A stretch of 63,944 bases of DNA, filler included, from Vicugna vicugna (taxonomy: Eukaryota): assembly GCA_013265495.1 (NCBI GenBank). It is 80 parts of 79 records of this genome, joined end to end, with 100 filler letters (N's around TTAATTAATTAA, not from the genome) between each part and the next. Parts side by side here need not be neighbours in the genome. Positions count along the whole stretch, not along the records: positions 50,253 to 51,099 come from PNXW01025034.1; positions 51,200 to 51,683 come from MU062572.1; positions 51,784 to 52,614 come from PNXW01025043.1; positions 52,715 to 52,970 come from PNXW01025045.1; positions 53,071 to 53,906 come from PNXW01025048.1; positions 54,007 to 55,140 come from MU062574.1; positions 55,241 to 55,949 come from PNXW01025053.1; positions 56,050 to 56,788 come from PNXW01025054.1; 72 more parts are not named here. One strand, written 5' to 3'. Shown piece after piece: positions 50,253-63,056 of this stretch; position 1 is the stretch's first letter; each line of letters begins with the position of its first letter. Under the pieces are notes generated by a model. That model was not told the origin of the DNA and ran no database searches. It saw only the letters and a program-made list of their open reading frames with translations. A program made the translations under genes and the position numbers.

Positions 50253-51099
50253 CTCTAAAGCCAAGTAATAGCGAGTGCCTCTCTAAGGGCAGTGGAGTGT
50301 TTTAAAGTACATTCCCTCCCTGGGAACACCTGTGCACCCTTAAAGTTGCGTGGATTATGTATCTCCAACAACAGCACACACACAAAGACTTGTTCAGGTA
50401 TCCTGAGTGTGGGGAGCCTCCTCCAACTGACAGCAGCGCCTGGGTTCTAATAGAATCCCTTAGCTTGTCTTAACTGATGGCATGCCTAGGCTGGAGTGTG
50501 GTGGAAAGTGTGGGTTGGGTTTGAAGTCCAAGTAGCAACGAGTGCCCCCCGATTTACTGAGGAATTACTTAGAGGATTTCATGCTAATTTGGAACACCTG
50601 TGCCCCCATTCATCTGTGTGGAATGGGTATCAACAACTCCCTCACACACAAGGCTGGGATCCGGAATCCTGAGTGTGTGGAAGATCCTCCAACTGACAAC
50701 AGCGCCTGCGTTCTAATAGAATAACACAGCTTGACTTCCCTAAGTTTTTTCCAAGACCTAGCAGTGAGCGATGGTGGGGAATGGGATCTAAAGCCAAGAA
50801 TAAGCAAGTGCATCTCTGTGGGCAGTGGAGGATTAAAACTTCTTCCCCAACCGTGGAATACCTGTACCCCCATAAATATGCGTGGACTCTGATTCCCCAC
50901 ATCCAGCACACACACGGAGACGTGCTCAGGTATCCTGATTGTGGGGAGGCTCCTCCAAATGACAGCAGCGCCTGGGTTCTAATAGAATCCCTTAGCTTGT
51001 CTTCCCTGATGGCATGCCTAGGCTGGAGAGAGATGGAAAGAGGGGGTTGGGCTATAAACCAAGTATAAGCGAGAGCCTATCCATGGGATGTGGGTTTTT
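50253..51099 (-). repeat. Diverged ~266-bp satellite (family B)
   Basis: caa(c/a)tgaca at 50424, 50690 and 50956 (266 bp). Confidence 0.92.
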
Positions 51100-51322
51100 N
51101 NNNNNNNNNNNNNNNNNNNNNNNNNNNNNNNNNNNNNNNNNNNTTAATTAATTAANNNNNNNNNNNNNNNNNNNNNNNNNNNNNNNNNNNNNNNNNNNNC
51201 CAACAACATCTATTCTTATTGAAATAGCATACGTTTTCAACTGTGTATACAGAGACAAGATCCCATGAGGGTGTTTAAGAGCTATTTTGTGTATTGCAAT
51301 ATTTATTTTAAAGTGCAGACAA

Positions 51323-51397
51323 GGAGGGTGGGTATTACTTAGTTGTAGAGCATCTGCTTAGCATGCACAATGTCCTGGCTTCAGTCCCCAGTACCTC
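51323..51397 (+). mobile_element. Vic-1-like SINE, 5' part (runs into a gap)
   Basis: gtagagcatctgcttagcatgcacaatgtcctggcttcagtccccagtacctc. Confidence 0.8.
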
Positions 51398-51783
51398 NNN
51401 NNNNNNNNNNNNNNNNNNNNNNNNNNNNNNNNNNNNNNNNNNNNNNNNNNNNNNNNNNNNNNNNNNNNNNNNNNNNNNNNNNNNNNNNNNNNNNNNNNNN
51501 NNNNNNNNNNNNNNNNNNNNNNNNNNNNNNNNNNNNNNNNNNNNNNNNNNNNNNNNNNNNNNNNNNNNNNNCACCTGACAAACGTGTGATTCTCAGCAAC
51601 CCTATTAAGTAGACACGGATGAGAAACCCAGCGCTGCAGAAGAGGGGACGGAGCTCGGAGGAGCCGGGGACCCTGACCGTCCTNNNNNNNNNNNNNNNNN
51701 NNNNNNNNNNNNNNNNNNNNNNNNNNNTTAATTAATTAANNNNNNNNNNNNNNNNNNNNNNNNNNNNNNNNNNNNNNNNNNNN

Positions 51784-52614
51784 AGGATTCCGGAAAAATT
51801 GTCAGTGCGTGGGGGAGCTGGAGAGACATCTCCACGCAACTCTCTTCAGTCACAGGATTTCCATGTTCGGGGAAGTCCGAGAAATACCTTCCCTGAACTT
51901 GGGGAGGCAGCCTCAGTCACTGGGATATCCTGCAATCTCCCCTAGCATTCCCTGGAACAGAGACATAAGAAAGCCCTCAGGGGAGACGAGCTCAGGCATC
52001 CCGTTAGAACCCACGCGCTGCCGACCGTTGGTGGAACCTCCCCACGCTCAGGATTCCGGAACCGTTGTCAGTGCGTGGGGAAGCTCGAGAGACAACTCCA
52101 CGCAGCTCTCTTCATTCATTGGAGTTCCCTGTACGGGGAAGTCCAAGAAAAACCTTCCCTGAACTTGGGGAGGCAGCCTCAGTCACTGGGATATCCTGCA
52201 ATCTCCCCTAGCATTCCCTGGAACAGAGACATAAGAAAGCCCTCAGGGGAGACTAGCTTAGGCCTTCCGTTAGAATCCACGCGCTGTCGACCGTTGGTGG
52301 AACCTCCTAACGCTCAGGATTCCGGAAGCATTGTCAGTGCGTGGGGGAGCTCGAGAGACAACTCCACGCAGCTCTCTTCAGTCACAGGTGTTCCCTGTTC
52401 GGGGAAGTCCAGAAATACCTTCCCTGACCTTGGGGAGGCTGCCTCAGTCACTGGGATATCCTGTAATCACCCCTAGCATTCCCTGGCACAGAGACATTAG
52501 GAAAACCCTCCGGGGAGACGAGCTTATGCATTCGTTTGAACCCAAGCGCTGCCGACCGTTGGCGGAAAGTCCTCACGCTCAGGATTCCGGAAGAGTTGTC
52601 AGTGCGTGGGGGAG
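51784..52614 (+). repeat. 267-bp satellite (family A), about 3 monomers
   Basis: Core at 52007, 52273 and 52538. Confidence 0.95.
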
Positions 52615-52714
52615 NNNNNNNNNNNNNNNNNNNNNNNNNNNNNNNNNNNNNNNNNNNNTTAATTAATTAANNNNNNNNNNNNNNNNNNNNNNNNNNNNNN
52701 NNNNNNNNNNNNNN

Positions 52715-52970
52715 ACTGAAGAGAGCTGCTTGGAGTTGTCTCTTGAGCTCCCCCACGCAATGACATTGGGTGCGGAATAATGAGTGTGGGGAGGTTCCAC
52801 CAACGGTCGGCAGCGCGTGGGTTCTAACCGAATGCCTAAGCTCGTATCCCCTGAGAATTTTCCTAATATCTCTGTGCCAGCGAATGCTAGGGTTGATTGC
52901 AGTATATCCCAGTGTCAGAGGCTGCATCCCCAAGGTGAGGGAAAGTATTTCTCGGACTTCCCCGAACAGG
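52715..52970 (-). repeat. 267-bp satellite (family A)
   Basis: Reverse-complement consensus. Confidence 0.95.
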
Positions 52971-53070
52971 NNNNNNNNNNNNNNNNNNNNNNNNNNNNNN
53001 NNNNNNNNNNNNNNTTAATTAATTAANNNNNNNNNNNNNNNNNNNNNNNNNNNNNNNNNNNNNNNNNNNN

Positions 53071-53905
53071 GAATACAGAAAGCTGAATATAGTATTTAGA
53101 ATATAGAACGTAGAAAACAGATATAGACTATAGAATATAGACTATAGAACCCAGAATTTAGAACATGGAATGCATAACACAGAAATAAAAATATAATAAT
53201 ACAGTATACTTATCATTGAACTTAGAACATAGAATGCAGAACACAGAATTTAGAATATGGAATAAAGAATACTGAATATAGGATTTAGAACATGGAGTGC
53301 AGAACAGAGAATTTAGAATATAGAATACAGAATACTGAATATTGTATTTAGAATATAGAAAGTAGATACAGAATATAGAATAGAGAATAGAGAATTTTCA
53401 ATATGGAATGCAGAACACAGAATTTAGAATATAGAATACTGAATATAGATTTTGGAATATAGAAGGTAGAATACAATAGAATACAAAACGCTGAATATAG
53501 CATACAAAATATAGAATTTAGTACACAGAATATAAAATATGGAAAACAGAATATAGAACCCAGAATTTAGAACATGGAATGCAGAACACAGAATTTAGAA
53601 TATAGAATACTGAATATAGATTTTGGAATATAGAAGGTAGAATACAGAATATATAATATAGAATACAAAACGCTGAATATAGCATACAAAATATAGAATT
53701 TAGTACACAGAATATAAAATATGGAAAACAGAATATAGAACCCAGAATTTAGAACATGGAATGCAGAACACAGAATTTCGAATATAAATACAGAATACTG
53801 AATGCAGGATTTTGAATATAGAATGAAGTACACAGGATATATAATAGAGTATAAAGAACCAAGAATTTAAAACATGGAATCCAGAACACAAAATTTAGAA
53901 TATAG
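53071..53905 (-). repeat. Heptamer satellite (family C)
   Basis: AGAA recurs every 7 bp, with a near-perfect higher-order duplication. Confidence 0.95.
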
Positions 53906-54964
53906 ANNNNNNNNNNNNNNNNNNNNNNNNNNNNNNNNNNNNNNNNNNNNTTAATTAATTAANNNNNNNNNNNNNNNNNNNNNNNNNNNNNNNNNNNNNN
54001 NNNNNNAGGGGAGGATCTGGAAGGCCCAGGAGAATGAGTGTTAGAAAATAGGAAGAGAAGAAGCATATAAGGCCCCATCTCTACACCACCATACCATGAA
54101 TTTCCACCAAATTACCCAGTATGGGTGCAGCCAATATTAAGGTTGTCTAAACAGGTTATTGAAACCTGGAATTCTCAACCATAGTGGAAATTCCAGCATT
54201 TACTGTGCTTTTTNNNNNNNNNNNNNNNNNNNNNNNNNNNNNNNNNNNNNNNNNNNNNNNNNNNNNNNNNNNNNNNNNNNNNNNNNNNNNNNNNNNNNNN
54301 NNNNNNNNNNNNNNNNNNNNNNNNNNNNNNNNNNNNNNNNNNNNNNNNNNNNNNNNNNNNNNNNNNNNNNNNNNNNNNNNNNNNNNNNNNNNNNNNNNNN
54401 NNNNNNNNNNNNNNNNNNNNNNNNNNNNNNNNNNNNNNNNNNNNNNNNNNNNNNNNNNNNNNNNNNNNNNNNNNNNNNNNNNNNNNNNNNNNNNNNNNNN
54501 NNNNNNNNNNNNNNNNNNNNNNNNNNNNNNNNNNNNNNNNNNNNNNNNNNNNNNNNNNNNNNNNNNNNNNNNNNNNNNNNNNNNNNNNNNNNNNNNNNNN
54601 NNNNNNNNNNNNNNNNNNNNNNNNNNNNNNNNNNNNNNNNNNNNNNNNNNNNNNNNNNNNNNNNNNNNNNNNNNNNNNNNNNNNNNNNNNNNNNNNNNNN
54701 NNNNNNNNNNNNNNNNNNNNNNNNNNNNNNNNNNNNNNNNNNNNNNNNNNNNNNNNNNNNNNNNNNNNNNNNNNNNNNNNNNNNNNNNNNNNNNNNNNNN
54801 NNNNNNNNNNNNNNNNNNNNNNNNNNNNNNNNNNNNNNNNNNNNNNNNNNNNNNNNNNNNNNNNNNNNNNNNNNNNNNNNNNNNNNNNNNNNNNNNNNNN
54901 NNNNNNNNNNNNNNNNNNNNNNNNNNNNCTTCCCATGGGCCAGGCACTGTACAGATGAGAAGAT

Positions 54965-55140
54965 AGGGTCCCAGATATATTCATGGGTAGAAGAAGTTTA
55001 TGCCATAAAGACATTAAATCTTCCTGTTTTGATAGACAGATTCATTGTAATTCTGATTAGAATTCCTTCAAGATTTTTCTTGGAATGTAACAAGGGAATT
55101 TATGGTCAGGAATAGCCAAGAAATTTCTTTAGAACCACCA
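54965..55140 (+). mobile_element. Old L1 ORF2 fragment
   Basis: Degenerate L1 ORF2 translation YSWVEE...IKTLNLPVLIDRFIVILIRIPSRFF and agaatagccaag-like motif. Confidence 0.65.
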
Positions 55141-55249
55141 NNNNNNNNNNNNNNNNNNNNNNNNNNNNNNNNNNNNNNNNNNNNTTAATTAATTAANNNN
55201 NNNNNNNNNNNNNNNNNNNNNNNNNNNNNNNNNNNNNNNNTGTGTGTGG

Positions 55250-55570
55250 CATTTTGAGTGCGAAGTGTCAATGGGACATCTAAGGAGTGATGTCCATAGT
55301 TAAGCTGGATTCACCAGTCAGGAGCTCAGAGGAGCTGTGGGTGAGGCCGTGCGGGTGATTCAGTCCTGCCAGGCGGAGGCCTGAAGACGAGGCCCTGGGG
55401 GAAAAGGCCATGTACATGGCAAATGGGAGAAGAGAGGTCCACCAAGAGAAAGAAGAATAGCAGAGCAGTTGAGAGAAAACTATTTGAGGCAACACAGAGA
55501 AGGCTGTAACCTGGCTTAAGAGGGATTTGAACAATGACTAAAAGGAGCATAGTGAGAAAGGGGGGTGTGT
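55250..55570 (-). mobile_element. L2 LINE fragment
   Basis: gggacatctaaggagtgatgtc...gctggat...ggagctcagagga is a typical minus-strand L2 motif. Confidence 0.55.
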
Positions 55571-56049
55571 GGGGCAAAAAAGCAAGGGCTAAAGCCCACC
55601 TTTAATTGTCTAAACTGAGGAAAAGGCGGAGGAGGACTATACTTAGGTAGCCTTTAAAAAACAGATCTGTGTGTGTCTGTGTGTGTGCATATGTGCACAC
55701 AAATTTTCTGCCTGGGCTTTTAAAATTTATTTAAGTAAAACAAAAACTAAGGGGGGAAAACATTCAATTCCACTGAGAGGAAAATATTTGTCCACGGCAA
55801 AAGCTACCTGGTAATCAAATAAACAGGAGCTGAAAATGCCCGCTGGTTTGAAACACGCAGCCACCGGCAGTGCAACTCCTGTCTCAGTGCCGCGGTGAGT
55901 GCCATGGGGGCTGCAGGGCTCTGAGCCCTGGAGGAGTCATCAGCGCAAGNNNNNNNNNNNNNNNNNNNNNNNNNNNNNNNNNNNNNNNNNNNNTTAATTA
56001 ATTAANNNNNNNNNNNNNNNNNNNNNNNNNNNNNNNNNNNNNNNNNNNN

Positions 56050-56788
56050 TAATTTATTACTTTAATTAAAAGTTAAAAAAAGATAATTTAGTGCTGGCTT
56101 ATCAGGTTACAAGAGCTACAATGAATGCCCCCACCCATTAATTTAGAAGAAGTCTCACAGTATTTCTCAACATAAAGGCTAAAATATAATTGAGAACACT
56201 TCCTGATGGTCAGTATCATTGTAACAAAAATGTAGATAATTACGTCCCTGGTGTTAAATTTCTGTCAGAGTTGGGCATGGGACATTTAGTAAAAGTGATT
56301 TTGCAGCTATCTTTGAAAGAAATGCTGAGAAATGATCTTTTCTGTTGGAAATTAGCCTGCTTTTACATTCTTCAGTAGGCATATTTCTGTTGGAAATTAG
56401 CCTGCTTTTACATTCTTCAGCAGGCATTAGTGTTTACAAATCAGGCAGGAACTGGATTATATTTTACATGTACTTTAGAAACTGATTTGAATTTTGCTCT
56501 CTACCTGCAAGGCTATTTCTTAGGTAATAACATAAGCAGGCCACTATACTAAATTTTGTTTCCCTGTTTGCTTAATCCTCACAACAACTCTGTAAGCTGC
56601 TATTATTACCCCCATATAACAGATAAAGAGCTTGAGGCAGAAAATAATTTGGGTAACTTGGTAAATGGTGGAGCTGGGTAAGACTGCAGCCAGTCTGACA
56701 CTCAAGTCCATTCTTCTCACCAATGCCGGATACTGCTACCTAAATTCAGCAATGACCACTAATTTCATATTTAAGTGTGTCATTTCTA
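56050..56788 (+). repeat. Duplicated segment (paralogous to 14836-15542)
   Basis: Colinear match. It carries a short tandem duplication of tttctgttggaaattagcctgcttttacattcttcag at about 56338-56420. Confidence 0.92.
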
Positions 56789-56899
56789 NNNNNNNNNNNN
56801 NNNNNNNNNNNNNNNNNNNNNNNNNNNNNNNNTTAATTAATTAANNNNNNNNNNNNNNNNNNNNNNNNNNNNNNNNNNNNNNNNNNNNTGCCAAGTTAT

Positions 56900-57090
56900 T
56901 ATCATAAGTCAGAGCAAGACAAATACTGTATGACCTCACTTCTACATGGCATCAAAAAAGTGGAACTCAAGAGAACAGATTGGTGGTTAGCAGAGGCGAG
57001 GAGCGGGAGGAGGAAGAAATGGGTGAAGGCAGTCAGAAGACACAAACTCCCAGTTGTAAGATACATAAGCTCTGGGGTGCAATGTAAACA
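56900..57090 (+). mobile_element. L1MA-like 3' UTR fragment
   Basis: ataagtcag...agacaaatactgtatgacctcact...gaacagattggtggtt...gaaatgggtgaagg...acaaactcccagtt. Confidence 0.8.
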
Positions 57091-57777
57091 AACAGCTCTG
57101 GGCACTGCCAGACGTCCACTGTGCTGCAGGATGGCCCGCAGCTGAGACCACTGGTTTGGGGTCACGCTCCTAGGCAGGAGTAAAAACTAGTTCTCTCTCT
57201 CTTCATAGTGAAAAAAAAAAAAAGGCAAGGCAAACTGCCCACGCCTGTGGGCTGATGACCAGAGTCTCCCTCACCGGGGTCTCAGCTCCTACCCTGGCCA
57301 GCTGGTCTGGGCTCTCCTGGGCTCCGAGCATAGTGGGCAAGTCCTGTGTGGGCTACCAGGGGGATGTGTCCCACAGGGCCCTGTGCCCCAGCACACAGGC
57401 CAGACACAAGGACACTCAGCACTTAGTCCTTGCAGGCCCCTCCCCCCGGTCCCCTCCACGGAGCCCCGCGCTTTCCCTGGGTGGAGTCTGGAATCGTTTC
57501 TGAGGCCTGAAGCCAGGAACGTGACTTGCTTGGCTGTGAACACCCTCCAAGTCGCAGCTGATCTCAGCCCTCCCCGACTCTTGTCCCTGTAACGAGGCCT
57601 CTTCCCATGTCCCAGTTACTGGCTCGCGTCTCTCCGTGCGTGGGACAGCCCCACCCTGTGCGCAGGCAGTGCTGGCCNNNNNNNNNNNNNNNNNNNNNNN
57701 NNNNNNNNNNNNNNNNNNNNNTTAATTAATTAANNNNNNNNNNNNNNNNNNNNNNNNNNNNNNNNNNNNNNNNNNNN

Positions 57778-58548
57778 TTTTAAAGTCTTCATTAATTTCC
57801 TTCATCAATGGTTCATAGTTTTTTCTGTATAAATTTTTCACCTCCTTGGTTAGATTTATTCCCTGATATTTTATTACTTTGTGTGCTATTTTAAAGGGGA
57901 TTGTTTCTTTACTTTCTTTTTCTTTTGATTTATCATTAGTGTAAAGAAATGCAACTGATTTTTGAACGTTAATTTTCTAACCTGCTACATTGCTGAATTC
58001 TTCAATCAGCTCTAGTAGCTTTTGTGTGGACCTTTTAGGGTTTTGTATATGTAGTAACATTTCATCAGCATATAATGACACTTTTACCTCTTCTTTTCCA
58101 ATTTGGATCCCTTTTATTTCTTTCTTTTGCCTGACTGCTGTGGCAAGGACTTCCAGGACTATGTTGAATAGGAGTGGTGATAGTGGACATCCTTGTCTTG
58201 TCCCAGATTTTAGTGGGAATCTTTTTAGTTTTTCACTCTTCAGAACTATGCTGGCTGTAGGTTTGTCATATATAGCTTTTATTATGTTGATATAAGTTCC
58301 CTCTATACCCACTTTGGCGAGAGTTTTTATCATAAATGAATGTTGAATTTTATCAAATGCTTTTTCTGCATCAATTGAGATGATCATGTGGTTTTATGAT
58401 CATGTGTGTCCTTTCTCTTGTTGATGTGATGTATTACATTGATTGATTTGCGTATGCTGAACCCGCCTTGTGTCCCTGGGATGAACCCCTCTTTGTCATG
58501 ATATATAATCTTTTTTATGTGTTGTTAGATTCTATTTGCTAAAATTTT
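57778..58548 (-). mobile_element. L1 ORF2 reverse transcriptase fragment, inactive
   Basis: [16 protein letters not shown]...[21 protein letters not shown]...SLYADEM. The catalytic YADD is changed to YADE and there is an in-frame stop at 57977-57979. Confidence 0.97.
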
Positions 58549-58648
58549 NNNNNNNNNNNNNNNNNNNNNNNNNNNNNNNNNNNNNNNNNNNNTTAATTAA
58601 TTAANNNNNNNNNNNNNNNNNNNNNNNNNNNNNNNNNNNNNNNNNNNN

Positions 58649-59446
58649 CGTTCGGCAGCGCTTGGGTTCTAACGAAATGCCTAAGCTCGTCTCTGATGAG
58701 GGTTTTCCTAATATATCTGTGCCAGGGAATGCTAGGTGTGATTGCAGGATATACCAGTGACCGAGGCTGCCTCCTCAAGTTCAGGGAAGGTATTGCCCGG
58801 ACTTCCCCGAACAGGGAACACCGGTGACTTAAGAGAGCTGCGTGGATTTGTTTCTCGAGCTCCCCCACGCACTGACAATGTTTCCGGAATCCTGAGCGTG
58901 GGGAGGTTCCACCAACGGTCGGCAGCGCGTGGGTTATAACGGAATGACTAAGCTCGTCTCCCCTGAGTGTTTNNNNNNNNNNNNNNNNNNNNNNNNNNNN
59001 NNNNNNNNNNNNNNNNNNNNNNNNNNNNNNNNNNNNNNNNNNNNNNNNNNNNNNNNNNNNNNNNNNNNNNNNNNNNNNNNNNNNNNNNNNNNNNNNNNNN
59101 NNNNNNNNNNNNNNNNNNNNNNNNNNNNNNNNNNNNNNNNNNNNNNNNNNNNNNNNNNNNNNNNNNNNNNNNNNNNNNNNNNNNNNNNNNNNNNNNNNNN
59201 NNNNNNNNNNNNNNNNNNNNNNNNNNNNNGGAATCCTGAGCGTGGGGAGGTTCCACCAACGGTCGGCAGAGCGTGGGTTCTAACGGAATGCATAAGCTCG
59301 TCTCCCCTGAGGTTTTTCCTAATGTCTCTGTGCCAGGGAATGCTAGGGGGGATTGCAGGATATCCCAGTGACCGAGGATGCCTCCCTAACGTCAGGGAAG
59401 AATTTTCCCGGACTTCCCCGAACAGGGAACTCCTGTGAATGAAGAG
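58649..59446 (-). repeat. 267-bp satellite (family A)
   Basis: Reverse-complement consensus. Confidence 0.95.
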
Positions 59447-59546
59447 NNNNNNNNNNNNNNNNNNNNNNNNNNNNNNNNNNNNNNNNNNNNTTAATTAATT
59501 AANNNNNNNNNNNNNNNNNNNNNNNNNNNNNNNNNNNNNNNNNNNN

Positions 59547-60009
59547 AATATAGAATGATGAACACAAAATATAGAATAGAGAATAGAGAATTTAGAACTC
59601 AGAACTTAGAACACGGAATGCAGAACACAGAATTTAGAATATGGAATACAGAATATTGAAAATAGAATTTAGAATAAAGAATGTAGAACACAAAATTTAG
59701 AATTTAGAATAAAGAATACTGAATATAGAATTTAGAATATTGAATGTAGAACACAGAATATAGAATATAGAAGGTAGAATANNNNNNNNNNNNNNNNNNN
59801 NNNNNNNNNNNNNNNNNNNNNNNNNNNNNNNNNNNNNNNNNNNNNNNNNNNNNNNNNNNNNNNNNNNNNNNNNNNNNNNNNNNNNNNNNNNNNNNNNNNN
59901 NNNNGGAATGCAGAGAATATAGAATAATGAGGACAAAATATAGAATACAGAGTATAGAACCTAAAATTTAGAACATGGAATGTAGAACACAGAATATAGA
60001 ATACAAAAT
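59547..60009 (-). repeat. Heptamer satellite (family C)
   Basis: AGAA recurs every 7 bp. Confidence 0.95.
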
Positions 60010-60109
60010 NNNNNNNNNNNNNNNNNNNNNNNNNNNNNNNNNNNNNNNNNNNNTTAATTAATTAANNNNNNNNNNNNNNNNNNNNNNNNNNNNNNNNNNN
60101 NNNNNNNNN

Positions 60110-61080
60110 TTCCACCAACGGTCGGCAGCGCGTGGGATATAACGGAATGCCTAATCTCGCCTCCCAAGTGTGTTTTCCTAATGTCTCTGTGCCAGGGAAT
60201 GCTAGGGGAGATTGCAGGATATCCCAGTGTCAGAGGCTGCCTCCCCAAGGTCAGAGAAGTTATTTCTCGGTCTTCCCCGAACAGGGAAAACCTGTCATTG
60301 AAGAGAGCTGCGTGGAGTTGTCTCTCGAGCTCTCCCACGCACTGACAATGTTTCCGGAATCCTGAGCGTGGGGAGGTTCCACCAACGGTCGGCATTGCGT
60401 GGGTTCAAACGGAATGCCAAAGCTCGTCTCCCCTGAGGGTTTTCCTAATGTCTCTGTGCCAGGGAATGCTAGGTGTGATTGCAGGATATCCCAGTGTCAG
60501 AGGCTGACTCCCCAATTTTANNNNNNNNNNNNNNNNNNNNNNNNNNNNNNNNNNNNNNNNNNNNNNNNNNNNNNNNNNNNNNNNNNNNNNNNNNNNNNNN
60601 NNNNNNNNNNNNNNNNNNNNNNNNNNNNNNNNNNNNNNNNNNNNNNNNNNNNNNNNNNNNNNNNNNNNNNNNNNNNNNNNNNNNNNNNNNNNNNNNNNNN
60701 NNNNNNNNNGTCTCTGTGCCAGGGAATGCTAGGGGTGATTGCAGGATATCCCAGTGTCAGAGGCTGCCTCCCCAAGGTCAGGGAAGTTATTTCCTGGAAT
60801 TCACCGAACAGGGAACACCTGTGACTGAAGAGAGCTGCATGGAGTTGTCTCTCGAGCTCCCCCACGCACTGACAATTGTTCCGGAATCCTGAGCGTGGGG
60901 AGGTTAAATCAACGGTCGGTAGCACGTGGGTTCTAACGGAATGCCTAAGCTCGTCTCCCCTGAGTGTTTTCCTAATGTCTCTGTGCCAGGGAATGCTAGT
61001 TGTGATTGCAGGATATCCCAGTGTCAGAGGCTTCTTCACCAAAGTCAGGGAAGGTATTTCTCGGACTTCCCCGAACAGGG
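60110..61080 (-). repeat. 267-bp satellite (family A)
   Basis: tccaccaacg at 60111 and 60378 (267 bp). Confidence 0.95.
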
Positions 61081-61180
61081 NNNNNNNNNNNNNNNNNNNN
61101 NNNNNNNNNNNNNNNNNNNNNNNNTTAATTAATTAANNNNNNNNNNNNNNNNNNNNNNNNNNNNNNNNNNNNNNNNNNNN

Positions 61181-61661
61181 TTCTGTGTTCTTCATTCCAT
61201 ATTCTCAATTCTGGGTTTTGTATTCCGTTTTACATATTCTGTATTCTGTGTTCTACTTTCTATATTCTAAAATCTTTTTCAGTATTCTGTATTGTATATT
61301 CTAAATTCTCTGTTCTGCATTCCATTTCTAAATCTTGGTTCTATATTCTCTATTTTTATATTCTATTTTTTCATACTTCATTCTATATTCTATAATCTAT
61401 TTTNNNNNNNNNNNNNNNNNNNNNNNNNNNNNNNNNNNNNNNNNNNNNNNNNNNNNNNNNNNNNNNNNNNNNNNNNNNNNNNNNNNNNNNNNNNNNNNNN
61501 NNNNNNNNNNNNNNNNNNNNNNNNNNNNNNNNNNNNNNNNNNNNNNNNNNNNNNNNNNNNNNNNNNNNNNNNNNNNNNNNNNNNNNNNNNNNNNNNNNNN
61601 NNNNNNNNATTCTGTATTCTACATTCTATATTCTAAATTCTATGTTCAGTATTCTGTATTC
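61181..61661 (+). repeat. Heptamer satellite (family C)
   Basis: TTCT recurs every 7 bp. Confidence 0.93.
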
Positions 61662-61761
61662 NNNNNNNNNNNNNNNNNNNNNNNNNNNNNNNNNNNNNNN
61701 NNNNNTTAATTAATTAANNNNNNNNNNNNNNNNNNNNNNNNNNNNNNNNNNNNNNNNNNNN

Positions 61762-62956
61762 AGAAAAACCCTCTTCGAGCGAATTCTACCCTAGAGATAT
61801 ATAATTAGAATAGATTTCATAAATGATATTCCATGTTATGTACATGCTACATGCATGACGGATTTGACAAACATGCATTCATGAGTCGAGAGCATGTGGA
61901 TTACTGATCTTTCATACTCTATAAAAGGAAAATATTAATCTAGACACGTGTAAACATTTTCAGAAGCTTCCCCTAACACCAGTTGCGAATTCGTGCATTT
62001 ATCACTGATAAATATTTCGGGAGCGTTTTCAACCTAACAGATATGTAATTTACATAAAATCGATCAACATGGCATTCCGGGTTCCGTACATGCTACATGC
62101 ATGACGGATTTGACAAACATGCATTCATGAGTCGAGAGCATGTGGATTACTGATCTTTCATCCTCTATAAAAGGAATATTTCATCAAGAGCTGCGTACTC
62201 ATTTTCACAAGCTTTTCCTAACACCAGTTGCGAATTCGTGCATTTATCACTGATAAATATTTCGGGAGCGTTTTCAACCTAACAGATATGTAATTTACAT
62301 AAAATCGATCAACATGGCATTCCGGGTTCCGTACATGCTACATGCATGNNNNNNNNNNNNNNNNNNNNNNNNNNNNNNNNNNNNNNNNNNNNNNNNNNNN
62401 NNNNNNNNNNNNNNNNNNNNNNNNNNNNNNNNNNNNNNNNNNNNNNNNNNNNNNNNNNNNNNNNNNNNNNNNNNNNNNNNNNNNNNNNNNNNNNNNNNNN
62501 NNNNNNNNNNNNNNNNNNNNNNNNNNNNNNNNNNNNNNNNNNNNNNNNNNNNNNNNNNNNNNNNNNNNNNNNNNNNNNNNNNNNNNNNNNNNNNNNNNNN
62601 NNNNNNNNNNNNNNNNNNNNNNNNNNNNNNNNNNNNNNNNNNNNNNNNNNNNNNNNNNNNNNNNNNNNNNNNNNNNNNNNNNNNNNNNNNNNNNNNNNNN
62701 NNNNNNNNNNNNNNNNNNNNNNNNNNNNNNNNNNNNNNCCCAGAAACACACACTTGCAGCGAATTCTACCCTAGAGATATTTAATTTGAATAGATTCAAT
62801 CAACATGGAATCCCGGTCTCTGTACATATTTCATGCATGACGGATTCGACCAACATGGGTTTCTGAGTTGTGAGAATGTGGATTACTGAACTTTCATCCA
62901 CCAAACAACGTATATATACACTTTGAATGTGTTCTCTGACTTCAGAGGCTTTTTCT
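61762..62956 (+). repeat. 245-248 bp satellite (family D)
   Basis: tacatgctacatgcatg at 61841, 62087 and 62332 (246 and 245 bp). Confidence 0.95.
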
Positions 62957-63056
62957 NNNNNNNNNNNNNNNNNNNNNNNNNNNNNNNNNNNNNNNNNNNN
63001 TTAATTAATTAANNNNNNNNNNNNNNNNNNNNNNNNNNNNNNNNNNNNNNNNNNNN

